Assembly: GCA_027482225.1 (NCBI GenBank) | Contig: JAIXWD010000017.1 | Span: 42,436 to 106,435, forward strand | From: Bacteroidota bacterium | Lineage (GTDB): Bacteria; Bacteroidota; Bacteroidia; UKL13-3 | Reading direction: 5' to 3' | Length of the DNA stretch: 64,000 nt | Shown here: positions 1-9,109 of the stretch, piece after piece | Position numbering within the stretch: the stretch's first letter is position 1 | Layout: every line of letters begins with the position of its first letter | Position numbers and translations under genes: made by a program | The notes under the pieces: generated by a model | The model's input: the letters and a program-made list of their open reading frames with translations, nothing else | Databases searched by the model: none | What the model was told of the DNA's origin: nothing

Positions 1-1
1 T

Positions 2-1096
2 TTATTTGCAGCCTTAGCCCTTACTCCTTGTTTATTTGCCCAAGACATAGCTAGTGTTTCGCTGCCAGAACTCAACCAGAGTCATCCAGAAGAAGATGAA
101 GTGGTGGAGGTATCAAGCCAAGAAAAACATTTTTCTAATTTACGCCAACTTACTTTTGGTGGCGATAATGCAGAGGCATATTTTAGTTTTGATGGTAAGA
201 AATTAACCTTTCAAAGTAATAACCCAGCTTGGGGATTAAAGTGCGACCAAATTTTTTGGATGGATATTGAAGAGGCGGCAGATAACCGCATCTATCAACC
301 GTTAAATGTAAGTAACCTACAAGGCCGAACAACTTGTAGTTATTACATGCCTGATAACAAACGCATAATTTATGCTTCTACTTTTAAGTCTGGTATCGAA
401 TGTCCGCCAGCACCTGAAACCAGTGGTCGTTACCTATGGTCAATAGACCCAAACTATGATATTTTTGTTGGTGATGAAAATGGAAAAGTATTAAAACAAC
501 TAACCGAAGTTTCTGGCTATGATGCCGAGGCAGTAGTATCGCCCAAAGGAGACAAAATTTTATTTACCTCAACCCGGGATGGAGATTTGGACTTATACAT
601 CATGGATATTAATGGCAAAAATGTTAAACGTTTAACCAATACATTGGGTTATGATGGTGGTGCATTTTTTTCTCCTGATGGAAGTAAAATCGTGTTTAGG
701 GCTAGTCGTCCATTAGGCACAGATACGATTGATTACAAAAGCTTGCTTTCAAAGGGTTTGGTAGCGCCAACCAATATGGAAATTTATACCATGAATGTTG
801 ATGGCAGCAATTTGCAACAGATTACAAAATTAGGAAAAGCCAATTGGGCGCCTTTTTACCACCCAAGCGGAAACAAAATCATCTTTTCATCAAACCACCA
901 CAGCGATAAAGGTTACGATTTTCAGCTGTTTATGGTTAATACCGATGGAACAGGTTTAGAGCAAATAACATTTGAAAGTAAGTTTAACGCCTTTCCAATG
1001 TTCTCTCCTGATGGGAAAAAATTAGTGTTTTCATCGAACAGAAACAACGGTGGAACCCGCGATACCAATGTGTTTATTGCCGATTGGGTAGAGTAG
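2..1096 (+). CDS. TolB-like PD40/WD40 beta-propeller periplasmic protein (5' end outside window)
   Basis: Repeated 'xSPDGxKIVFxS' PD40 motifs. The frame is open from base 2 (LFAALALTPCLFAQ..., the tail of a signal peptide), so the true start lies upstream of the window, not at 101. Confidence 0.85.
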   Translation, partial: LFAALALTPCLFAQDIASVSLPELNQSHPEEDEVVEVSSQEKHFSNLRQLTFGGDNAEAYFSFDGKKLTFQSNNPAWGLKCDQIFWMDIEEAADNRIYQPLNVSNLQGRTTCSYYMPDNKRIIYASTFKSGIECPPAPETSGRYLWSIDPNYDIFVGDENGKVLKQLTEVSGYDAEAVVSPKGDKILFTSTRDGDLDLYIMDINGKNVKRLTNTLGYDGGAFFSPDGSKIVFRASRPLGTDTIDYKSLLSKGLVAPTNMEIYTMNVDGSNLQQITKLGKANWAPFYHPSGNKIIFSSNHHSDKGYDFQLFMVNTDGTGLEQITFESKFNAFPMFSPDGKKLVFSSNRNNGGTRDTNVFIADWVE

Positions 1097-1303
1097 CCCC
1101 AAACAAATCTTGCACATTCTTTTTACAGCATAAATAAAGTGATGAAATAATTAATCTTATTTGTACACTTTTTTACTTTGCTAAAGCCACATGATTATTC
1201 CATCTAATGTAAAAAATTCGGCTTATGCATCACCAACTACTGTATAATTTGGTACAAAGGTTAGGCTTTTGGGCTATTTTTAACTAAGTTCGTGCCACTC
1301 AAA

Positions 1304-3010
1304 ATGACTAAACGCTGGTTACCAAAAGAAGAACCCTCAAAAGATATCGTTGAAAACCTTTCATCGGCTATCAACGTAAACAAAACACTTTCTGGTGTTT
1401 TGGCCCAAAGGGGTATAATTACTTTTGAGGCTGCTAAAAAGTTTTTTCGACCACAATACGCAGATTTACACGACCCATTTATTATGCTTGGTATGGATAA
1501 AGCCATTACCAGGATTGAACAAGCCATAGCTACAAATGAGAAAATTTTAATCTATGGTGATTACGATGTTGACGGAACAACTTCTGTTGCAATTGTTTAT
1601 GCATTTTTGTTGGCCCGCTATCCCAATGTAGATTTCTATATTCCAGATAGATATATCGAGGGGTATGGCATTTCATTTAAAGGAATTGATTGGGCTTCAG
1701 AAAATAACTTCTCGTTAATTATTGCTTTAGATTGTGGGATAAAATCTGTAGATCGTGTGGCTTATGCCAAAGAAAAAGGCGTTGATTTTATTATTTGCGA
1801 TCATCATTTACCAGGTGAGGTAATTCCCGATGCAGTAGCTATTCTTAATCCCAAACAATTAAATTGCCCTTATCCGTTTAAAGAACTTTCAGGCTGTGGA
1901 ATAGGGTTTAAATTAATACAAGGATATGCTGCTAAGCATTATATCCCTTTTGCCGAAGTTGAACAATACATCGATTTAGTAGCTATAAGTATTTCTGCTG
2001 ATTTGGTTCCAATTTTGGACGAAAACCGCATATTGGTGCATCATGGATTACGTAAGTTAAAATCAAACCCAAATAAAGGTTTAAGCGCATTGTTAGATAC
2101 CTATGCCGTTAAACCAGAATATAGCGTAAGTGATGTGGTGTTTTTTATTGGTCCGCGTATTAATGCAGCTGGCCGTATTGCCGATGCAAAAGATTCTGTT
2201 CGATTGATGACATCAAACGATTATGCCACGGCAAAAGAAATAGCAGAGTTGGTAAACCAACACAATACTGAACGTAGGCTATTTGATAGTGATATTACCT
2301 TACAAGCTTTTGAAATGATTAAGCATGATGAACAATTTGCCGACCGCAAATCAACGGTATTATTTAATAATGCATGGCACAAAGGCGTAATTGGTATTGT
2401 TGCTTCACGTTTAATAGAAAAGTTTTATCGCCCAACCATTATTTTAACCGAAAGTAATGGACTTGCAACAGGTAGCGCGCGTTCTGTTGAAGGTTTTGAT
2501 TTATACAGCGCCATTGAAGAGTGCAGCGATTTATTAGAGCAGTACGGAGGCCATACACATGCTGCAGGTTTAACCTTAAAGTTAGAAAATGTAAAACCAT
2601 TTGCCGAAAAATTTGAACGCATTGTTTCATCCAATATAGTAGAGCGCAGCTTAACACCCGAAATTGAATATGATGCTGAAATACTGCTTCGTTCCATCTC
2701 TCCAAAGTTTTTTAATGTACTAAAACAATTTTCTCCATTTGGCCCAGGAAATCAAAGCCCAATGTTTATGAGCAAAAATGTTTGGGAAGTTGGCGATGTG
2801 ATGATAGTAGGAAATAACCACTTAAAAATGAGCATCACCCAAGAAGATGGCGGACGTATTTTTAAGGCCATTGCATTTGGTTTAGGCGAGCATTACGACA
2901 AAGTTTCTCAAGGCATATCGTTTGATATTTGTTACACGGTAGAAGAGAACCACTTTAACGGGCATGTTAACCTCCAACTCAACATCAAGGATATTTTGTT
3001 TAGAAGTTAA
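1304..3010 (+). CDS. recJ: ssDNA-specific exonuclease RecJ
   Basis: YGDYDVDG, DCG, DHH, GPRINAAGR, HKGVIGIVASRL, GSARS and GGH motifs. ATG at 1304 preferred over GTG at 1292. Confidence 0.97.
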   Translation: MTKRWLPKEEPSKDIVENLSSAINVNKTLSGVLAQRGIITFEAAKKFFRPQYADLHDPFIMLGMDKAITRIEQAIATNEKILIYGDYDVDGTTSVAIVYAFLLARYPNVDFYIPDRYIEGYGISFKGIDWASENNFSLIIALDCGIKSVDRVAYAKEKGVDFIICDHHLPGEVIPDAVAILNPKQLNCPYPFKELSGCGIGFKLIQGYAAKHYIPFAEVEQYIDLVAISISADLVPILDENRILVHHGLRKLKSNPNKGLSALLDTYAVKPEYSVSDVVFFIGPRINAAGRIADAKDSVRLMTSNDYATAKEIAELVNQHNTERRLFDSDITLQAFEMIKHDEQFADRKSTVLFNNAWHKGVIGIVASRLIEKFYRPTIILTESNGLATGSARSVEGFDLYSAIEECSDLLEQYGGHTHAAGLTLKLENVKPFAEKFERIVSSNIVERSLTPEIEYDAEILLRSISPKFFNVLKQFSPFGPGNQSPMFMSKNVWEVGDVMIVGNNHLKMSITQEDGGRIFKAIAFGLGEHYDKVSQGISFDICYTVEENHFNGHVNLQLNIKDILFRS

Positions 3011-3029
3011 CGCACTCTATTTTTTTTAT

Positions 3030-4202
3030 CTATTCTTCCTCTCCACCCTGCATAGCCGAAAGCAATTTGTATGCACCCTCGGTAACAATATTTTTATTGC
3101 TTAAATCTTGGGTTGATGTAAAGGCTGTAAAGCCGTTTTCTTCGCCAAATTTTTCTACCTCAACACGGGTAAAAGCATAACTGTCGTTTAGTTTTTTACT
3201 CAAAAAAAATAGATATGACTTGCCTTCAAAATCAACAAATGCATTATTAGGTAAAGTACTGCTTGCATTGGCTTTTACATCAATATAAGCAGTTAAATAC
3301 ATGCCCGGTAAAAGGTCTTTGTCTTCTTTATTTAAATGGCAATGTACGCGAACGGTTCTGTCCTCGCTAATTTCTCGGCCAATTAAATGTACCTTGGCAA
3401 AACGTTCTTGGTTTTCGTTGGCCAAAGTAAATGCTACTTTCTGACCGATTTTTATGTGTTGAATGTCTTTTTCAAACACACTAATTTCTGCGTGTAAATG
3501 TTCGGTATCTACAATTTCAAATAAAACCGTATTGGCTGTAACAAACGCACCGATATTTACATTTACCTTGGTAACATACCCGTTAATAGGAGAGATAAGG
3601 GCAACCGTTTTTTGAAAATTACCTTTTTCTAACTTAACCACATCAATTTGTATTAACTCTAACTTAGCACGTAAACCATTAACGCGGGCTTGCATTACTT
3701 CAAAATCTGTTTTGGCCTTTTGTAGAGTTTTTCTACTGTTTATTTCTTCTTTAGCTAACTCTTGTTGCCTATCGAGTTCGTTTTTTAAATAAGTAAGCGT
3801 GCTTTTATTTTCTAAATAATCTTGCTGTAATTGAATGTAATCAGGGTGTTCCATTTGTGCTATTACTTCGCCTTTATGAACATGCATGCCTTCTAATAAG
3901 TTTGTGCTTTTTAAAAAACCACCATAAGGCGCAGAGATACTGATCAAGTTTTGTGGCGGCACATCCAATTTACCATTTGTTTTTATTTTTTGGTTGATGT
4001 TTTGGCTAACAGGTTTTGCTAAAACAATACACGCATTGTTAAATTGGGTTGATGATAAAACAATGATTTCTTTAGCAATACTATCAATATTTTTCTCGGC
4101 AACTTCAGTATTTTTTTTATTGCCGCAAGCCACCCCAAATAAAACGGTTGTAGCTATAAGTATGATGTTATATTTTAAATTTTTCATGTTGTTATTTTTC
4201 AT
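3030..4202 (-). CDS. RND efflux periplasmic adaptor (CzcB/CusB-like), lipoprotein
   Basis: Lipobox-like GVAC, barrel-sandwich and coiled-coil MFP layout, LLPGMY motif, directly downstream of the CzcA-type pump. Confidence 0.9.
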   Translation of the reverse strand: MKNNNMKNLKYNIILIATTVLFGVACGNKKNTEVAEKNIDSIAKEIIVLSSTQFNNACIVLAKPVSQNINQKIKTNGKLDVPPQNLISISAPYGGFLKSTNLLEGMHVHKGEVIAQMEHPDYIQLQQDYLENKSTLTYLKNELDRQQELAKEEINSRKTLQKAKTDFEVMQARVNGLRAKLELIQIDVVKLEKGNFQKTVALISPINGYVTKVNVNIGAFVTANTVLFEIVDTEHLHAEISVFEKDIQHIKIGQKVAFTLANENQERFAKVHLIGREISEDRTVRVHCHLNKEDKDLLPGMYLTAYIDVKANASSTLPNNAFVDFEGKSYLFFLSKKLNDSYAFTRVEVEKFGEENGFTAFTSTQDLSNKNIVTEGAYKLLSAMQGGEEE

Positions 4203-7200
4203 TAATTCCAGCTAAAAATTGTAGTTTAAAAATGGAGTTATTGTGTTCCTTTACTGCAAGCCAATAATCTTGTTTAATTAATGTGGCATTGCGCGTGGCG
4301 TTTAAATATTCGGTGTAACTGATATTGCCTTGTTTGTATGATTTTTGTGCTTGATTATGCACGAGTTCTGCGTTTGGCAAAGCACTGATTATGTAATAAT
4401 CTAAATTGTTTTTGGCACGTTTATATTCAGCAATAGCTGTTTTGTGCTCATTGATTAAGTTGATTTCGTATTGCTGGTAATGTTGCTCTGATATGCGAAA
4501 TTGTATTTTTGCAGCTTTTATCATGGATGCATTCGGAAAATACCACAGAGGAATATTAACACCCAATAAAAAACCTTGAAAACGATTGCTAGACGTGGCA
4601 ATGCTGGCATCATTATAATTTGAAGACCCGATTAGGGTTTGGTTAAAATAACCTACTTTAATATCGGGTAAGGCTCTATTTAACTCCACATTTTTTTGTT
4701 GCTGGGCAATGCTAATTTGTTGTTGCATATAAGCCAACATAGGGTTGTTTTTTATATGTGATGAATCAATATTTAATTCCAGTAGTATAGGTTTTAATTC
4801 GTTTTCTTTTAATGTTATGGAATCGCTTGTGTTTAGCAAAGTCATTATTTGAAACATACTTGCATCTATCTCTAGTTGGTTTTGTTTTAGCTGATTTTTG
4901 GCTTCCATAAAATGCATTTGTGCAGTAGATTTTTCCAGTAAAGTGGCCTCGCCTGCATCATATCTTAATTTTTCTGCACGAGCAAAAGTTTGATAAAGGC
5001 TATCTGTTTTTTGCAGTAACATTTGCTGTGCATATAAATATTGTAGATGTGTATAGGTTTGCCTTACTACAAAGGCCAAATTATTTTTAACATGTTGCAC
5101 CTGGTGTTGCTCAGCCTTTATTTGGTTATTACCTAGTTTATTTTGTGCTATAAATAACGTTGGAAACGGAATACTTTGTGTAACCGTAAGGTTATTATCG
5201 TTTTTATAAAAGCTATTGTATTGCCCCTGCATGTAAGTAAAATCTGTTTTAGGCAATTCGGTTGCGGTACGCTTAATAACTTTTTGGTAGTTAATATTGG
5301 TTTGGTTTGCTGCTATACCCGCATTATTACTCAAGGCTTGTTGAACTGCTTCTTGCATGCTTAAGTTTTGGGTTGATTGCGCATAAGAATTCAAACCAAA
5401 TAAAAAGATTAACGGTAGCACAACAGCAACTTTTTTACTTTTTAAGTAGGTGCTTTTTTCAAACAACAAATACAACACAGGTAAAATAAATAAGGTTAAA
5501 AAAGTTGCTGATACCAAACCACCAATTACAACAGTTGCTAATGGTTTTTGTACTTCAGCACCACTGCCATGTGAAAGCGCCATTGGTAAAAATCCTAATG
5601 AAGCAACTAAAGCTGTCATTAATACGGGGCGCAACCTGCTTGATGAACCACGAACAATTATTTCTAGCGGATTTTTAGTTTCGTTTAATTTAAGGTGATT
5701 AAACTCTCCAATTAATACAATACCATTTAATACCGCCACACCAAACAAGGCAATAAAACCAATCCCAGCTGAAATACTAAATGGCATATCGCGCATCCAT
5801 AAAGCAACAATGCCACCAATGGTACTTAATGGTATAGCAGTAAAAATTAGTATAGCCTGCTTAAACGAATGGAAAGTAAAAAACAAAAGCATGAAAATTA
5901 ATAACAAGGCTATAGGAACGGCTATTGCCAAACGATTACGCGCATCTTCCAAGTTTTTAAATGCACCGCCATAAGTGGTATAATAACCGGGTTCAAAATT
6001 AATTTCTTTTTCAATTGATTTTTTGAGATCATCGACAACTGTCTGAATATCGCTATTACGCACATTAAATCCAACCACAATTCTACGTTTTGCATCATCT
6101 CGTTGTATTTGGTTGGGTCCAACTTTAAGTTGTACATCTGCCAATTGCTTTATTGGAATTTGATTTCCTTTTGGTGTGGTAACAAATAAGTTTCTTAAAT
6201 CTTCAATATCTTTTCTGTTACTGGCATCAAGCCTAACTACCATATCAAATCTCTTTTCGTTTTCAAAAACTAATCCTGCACTTTCACCTGCAAATCCTGC
6301 ACGTATGGCCATATTAACATCACTAATATTTAAACCAAACAATGCAATTTTTTCTCGATTGTAATTAACCACTACTTGCGGAAGGCCACCCACTTGCTCA
6401 ACATAAACATCAGACGCACCATTTGTTTTTTGTGCTATTGCACCAATTAGTTTTGCGTAATGTGCAAGTTGATTTAAATCTTCGCCATAAATTTTTACAA
6501 CCACATCTTGTCTTGCACCAGTCATTAATTCGTTAAATCGCATTTGTATTGGTTGTTGAAAACCGTAACTAACTCCAACCATGTTTTCTTCAAGTTTGAG
6601 CTGCATTTTTTCTGCTAATACTTCACGTGTTTCAGCAGAAGTCCATTCGTCTTTTTCTTTTAATATAACCATTAAATCGCAAGCCTCAACTGGCATTGGA
6701 TCGGTCGGAATTTCTGAAGAGCCAATTTTACCAATAACTTCTTTTACCTCTGGGAAATTATCTAGCAATACTTGTGCTGATTTCTGAGCAGCATCAACCG
6801 TTTCACTCAAACTACTACCAGTCATAATGCGCGTTTCTACTGCGAAATCACCTTCATCTAATTGCGGAATAAATTCGCCACCAAGGGTCATAAACAAAAC
6901 AATGCTACCCACAAAAACCGCTACAATTGCACTCAGAACAATTGCTTGTTTACGAATCACCCAAACAAAAGAACCATGATAAATCACTTGCAGTTTGGCG
7001 ATCATTTTATCAGAGAAAGTTGGTGTATGGTTTGTGTTTTTACTTAATACCAAAGCGCTCATCATGGGCACGTAAGTAAGCGATAAAATAGAAGCACCAA
7101 TAATGGCAAAGCTCACAGTTTGCGCCATGGGTTTAAACATTTTACCTTCTATGCCAACCAATGCTAAAATGGGTATGTAAACTATTAAAATAATGATTTG

Positions 7201-8556
7201 ACCAAAGATGGCGCTCTTCATTATTTTTGACGCGGAGTGTTCTACCTCAATATTCATGTGTTGTTGGGTAAGTGTTGTTGTACTTTTTCTCAGTCCTAAG
7301 TAATGTAAAGTTGATTCAACAATAATTACTGCACCATCTACTATCAAACCAAAATCAATTGCACCTAAACTCATTAAATTACCCGATACACCAAACAAGT
7401 TCATCATGGATACTGCAAATAACATGGCCAAAGGAATTACTGATGCCACAACCAATCCTGCCCTGAAATTACCGAGCATCAACACCAAAACAAAAATTAC
7501 AATAAGTGCACCTTCTAAAAGATTTTTGCTCACCGTACCAATAGCATTGTTCACCAATTTGGTTCGATCTAAAAAGGGTTCAATAACAACGCCTTCTGGT
7601 AAAGTTTTTTCTATTTGTGTAATGCGCTCTTTTACGTTTTTAATAACCTGAGAGGAGTTTTCACCTTTCAGCATCATTACCACTGCACCAACTACTTCTC
7701 CTTGATTGTTGCGTGTCATTGCGCCATAACGAATGGCTGATCCCAACTTCACCTCACCAATATTTTTAATTAAAATAGGAATTCCGCTTGATGTATTTTT
7801 TACTACAATTTTATCAATGTCTTCTTTATTGGTAATTAAGCCCTCTATTCTAATAAAGTAGGCATTAGGTTTTTTATCAATGTACGCACCACCTGTATTT
7901 TGGTTATTTATTTGTAGTGCATGGTGTACCTCGTTAATGCTTATATTTAGGCTCTTAAGCTTTTCTGTATGTAATGCAATTTCGTACTGTTTTAAATTGC
8001 CACCAAAACTACTTACATCTGCTACACCTTTTGTGCCTAATAACTGCCTACGTACAATCCAATCTTGTATGGTACGTAACTCCATGGCGTCATAACGTTT
8101 TTCATAACCGGGTTTGGTATGAATTACATACTGAAAAATTTCTCCTAAACCTGTTGTAAGCGGTGCAAGTTCTGGATTTCCCATACCTTCAGGAATTTGC
8201 TCTTTGGCTTTCCCTATGCGTTCATTTACTTGTTGGCGAGCCCAATAAACATCAATATCATCATCAAACACAATGGTAACTACCGATAAACCAAACCTAG
8301 AAAATGAACGTATTTCGTGTATTCCTGGAATAGTTGCCATGGTTTGTTCAACAGGAAACGTTACAAAGCGCTCAATATCCTCGGCACCGCTACTTGGCGC
8401 TACCGTAAGTATTTGTACCTGATTGTTGGTGATGTCGGGTACTGCATCAATAGGTAATTTACTTAACGAGTAAATACCCCAAATAACTAATGTAAGTGTA
8501 AATAGACCTACAATAAATTTATTCCGAACGCTAAATCGGATTATAGCTTCTAACAT
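4192..8556 (-). CDS. CusA/CzcA heavy-metal RND transporter fused to a C-terminal TolC/CzcC-like outer-membrane factor
   Basis: LPIDAVPDITNNQVQI, GAIDFGLIVDGAVIIVE, RLRPVLMTALVASLGFLPMA and GAEVQKPLATVVIGG motifs; extra ~400-aa helical OEP-like C-terminal region. Confidence 0.93.
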   Translation of the reverse strand: MLEAIIRFSVRNKFIVGLFTLTLVIWGIYSLSKLPIDAVPDITNNQVQILTVAPSSGAEDIERFVTFPVEQTMATIPGIHEIRSFSRFGLSVVTIVFDDDIDVYWARQQVNERIGKAKEQIPEGMGNPELAPLTTGLGEIFQYVIHTKPGYEKRYDAMELRTIQDWIVRRQLLGTKGVADVSSFGGNLKQYEIALHTEKLKSLNISINEVHHALQINNQNTGGAYIDKKPNAYFIRIEGLITNKEDIDKIVVKNTSSGIPILIKNIGEVKLGSAIRYGAMTRNNQGEVVGAVVMMLKGENSSQVIKNVKERITQIEKTLPEGVVIEPFLDRTKLVNNAIGTVSKNLLEGALIVIFVLVLMLGNFRAGLVVASVIPLAMLFAVSMMNLFGVSGNLMSLGAIDFGLIVDGAVIIVESTLHYLGLRKSTTTLTQQHMNIEVEHSASKIMKSAIFGQIIILIVYIPILALVGIEGKMFKPMAQTVSFAIIGASILSLTYVPMMSALVLSKNTNHTPTFSDKMIAKLQVIYHGSFVWVIRKQAIVLSAIVAVFVGSIVLFMTLGGEFIPQLDEGDFAVETRIMTGSSLSETVDAAQKSAQVLLDNFPEVKEVIGKIGSSEIPTDPMPVEACDLMVILKEKDEWTSAETREVLAEKMQLKLEENMVGVSYGFQQPIQMRFNELMTGARQDVVVKIYGEDLNQLAHYAKLIGAIAQKTNGASDVYVEQVGGLPQVVVNYNREKIALFGLNISDVNMAIRAGFAGESAGLVFENEKRFDMVVRLDASNRKDIEDLRNLFVTTPKGNQIPIKQLADVQLKVGPNQIQRDDAKRRIVVGFNVRNSDIQTVVDDLKKSIEKEINFEPGYYTTYGGAFKNLEDARNRLAIAVPIALLLIFMLLFFTFHSFKQAILIFTAIPLSTIGGIVALWMRDMPFSISAGIGFIALFGVAVLNGIVLIGEFNHLKLNETKNPLEIIVRGSSSRLRPVLMTALVASLGFLPMALSHGSGAEVQKPLATVVIGGLVSATFLTLFILPVLYLLFEKSTYLKSKKVAVVLPLIFLFGLNSYAQSTQNLSMQEAVQQALSNNAGIAANQTNINYQKVIKRTATELPKTDFTYMQGQYNSFYKNDNNLTVTQSIPFPTLFIAQNKLGNNQIKAEQHQVQHVKNNLAFVVRQTYTHLQYLYAQQMLLQKTDSLYQTFARAEKLRYDAGEATLLEKSTAQMHFMEAKNQLKQNQLEIDASMFQIMTLLNTSDSITLKENELKPILLELNIDSSHIKNNPMLAYMQQQISIAQQQKNVELNRALPDIKVGYFNQTLIGSSNYNDASIATSSNRFQGFLLGVNIPLWYFPNASMIKAAKIQFRISEQHYQQYEINLINEHKTAIAEYKRAKNNLDYYIISALPNAELVHNQAQKSYKQGNISYTEYLNATRNATLIKQDYWLAVKEHNNSIFKLQFLAGINEK

Positions 8557-8626
8557 AGTTTTACTATGAATAAAATTTGATTAAGAAAATAATGCGCAAG
8601 AATTGGCGCAATGAAACAACGCTTAT

Positions 8627-9031
8627 TTAGGCAATTTTAGGTGGTTGCCATATTGATGCGGCATTGTTGCTTGGCACATGTTCATTAACAATAGCAAAAT
8701 GCTCTGCTTGAGAATTAAAATCAGGGTGTAGAATATTTATGCCCACGGTGGTTACAGCTAAAGGAATAACCTGCACATGTTGGCAATGTTGTTTTTGTGT
8801 ACCCGGTAAGTTTTCATGCTCATGTGCATCAGTTTGCATGTGTTCGGTATTACCGTAATGCAATTCTATAAAGGCAATTACACCAATAGATTCGTGCTCG
8901 GTTAAGTGATGAAAGTAATGCGCAGCCAATGCAGGTAGTCTTAAAACCTGATGCATAATTGCATCGGGTAAAGTAATACTTGTGGTAAGTACAAAAAGTA
9001 ATATGTATTTAGCTACTTTCAATATCAACAC
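8627..9031 (-). CDS. His-rich small protein ending IWQPPKIA, upstream of the metal RND pump
   Basis: N-terminal hydrophobic segment, many His residues (HYFHH, HEHENLP, HCQH), C-terminal WQPP; co-oriented with czcA. Confidence 0.75.
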   Translation of the reverse strand: MLILKVAKYILLFVLTTSITLPDAIMHQVLRLPALAAHYFHHLTEHESIGVIAFIELHYGNTEHMQTDAHEHENLPGTQKQHCQHVQVIPLAVTTVGINILHPDFNSQAEHFAIVNEHVPSNNAASIWQPPKIA

Positions 9032-9109
9032 AAAGTAAGGCTAATATTTTTATAAATACAATGACTTGTGATGTGAACCTCATTAGTGGTTTCAAACCCT
9101 GACGATGGT

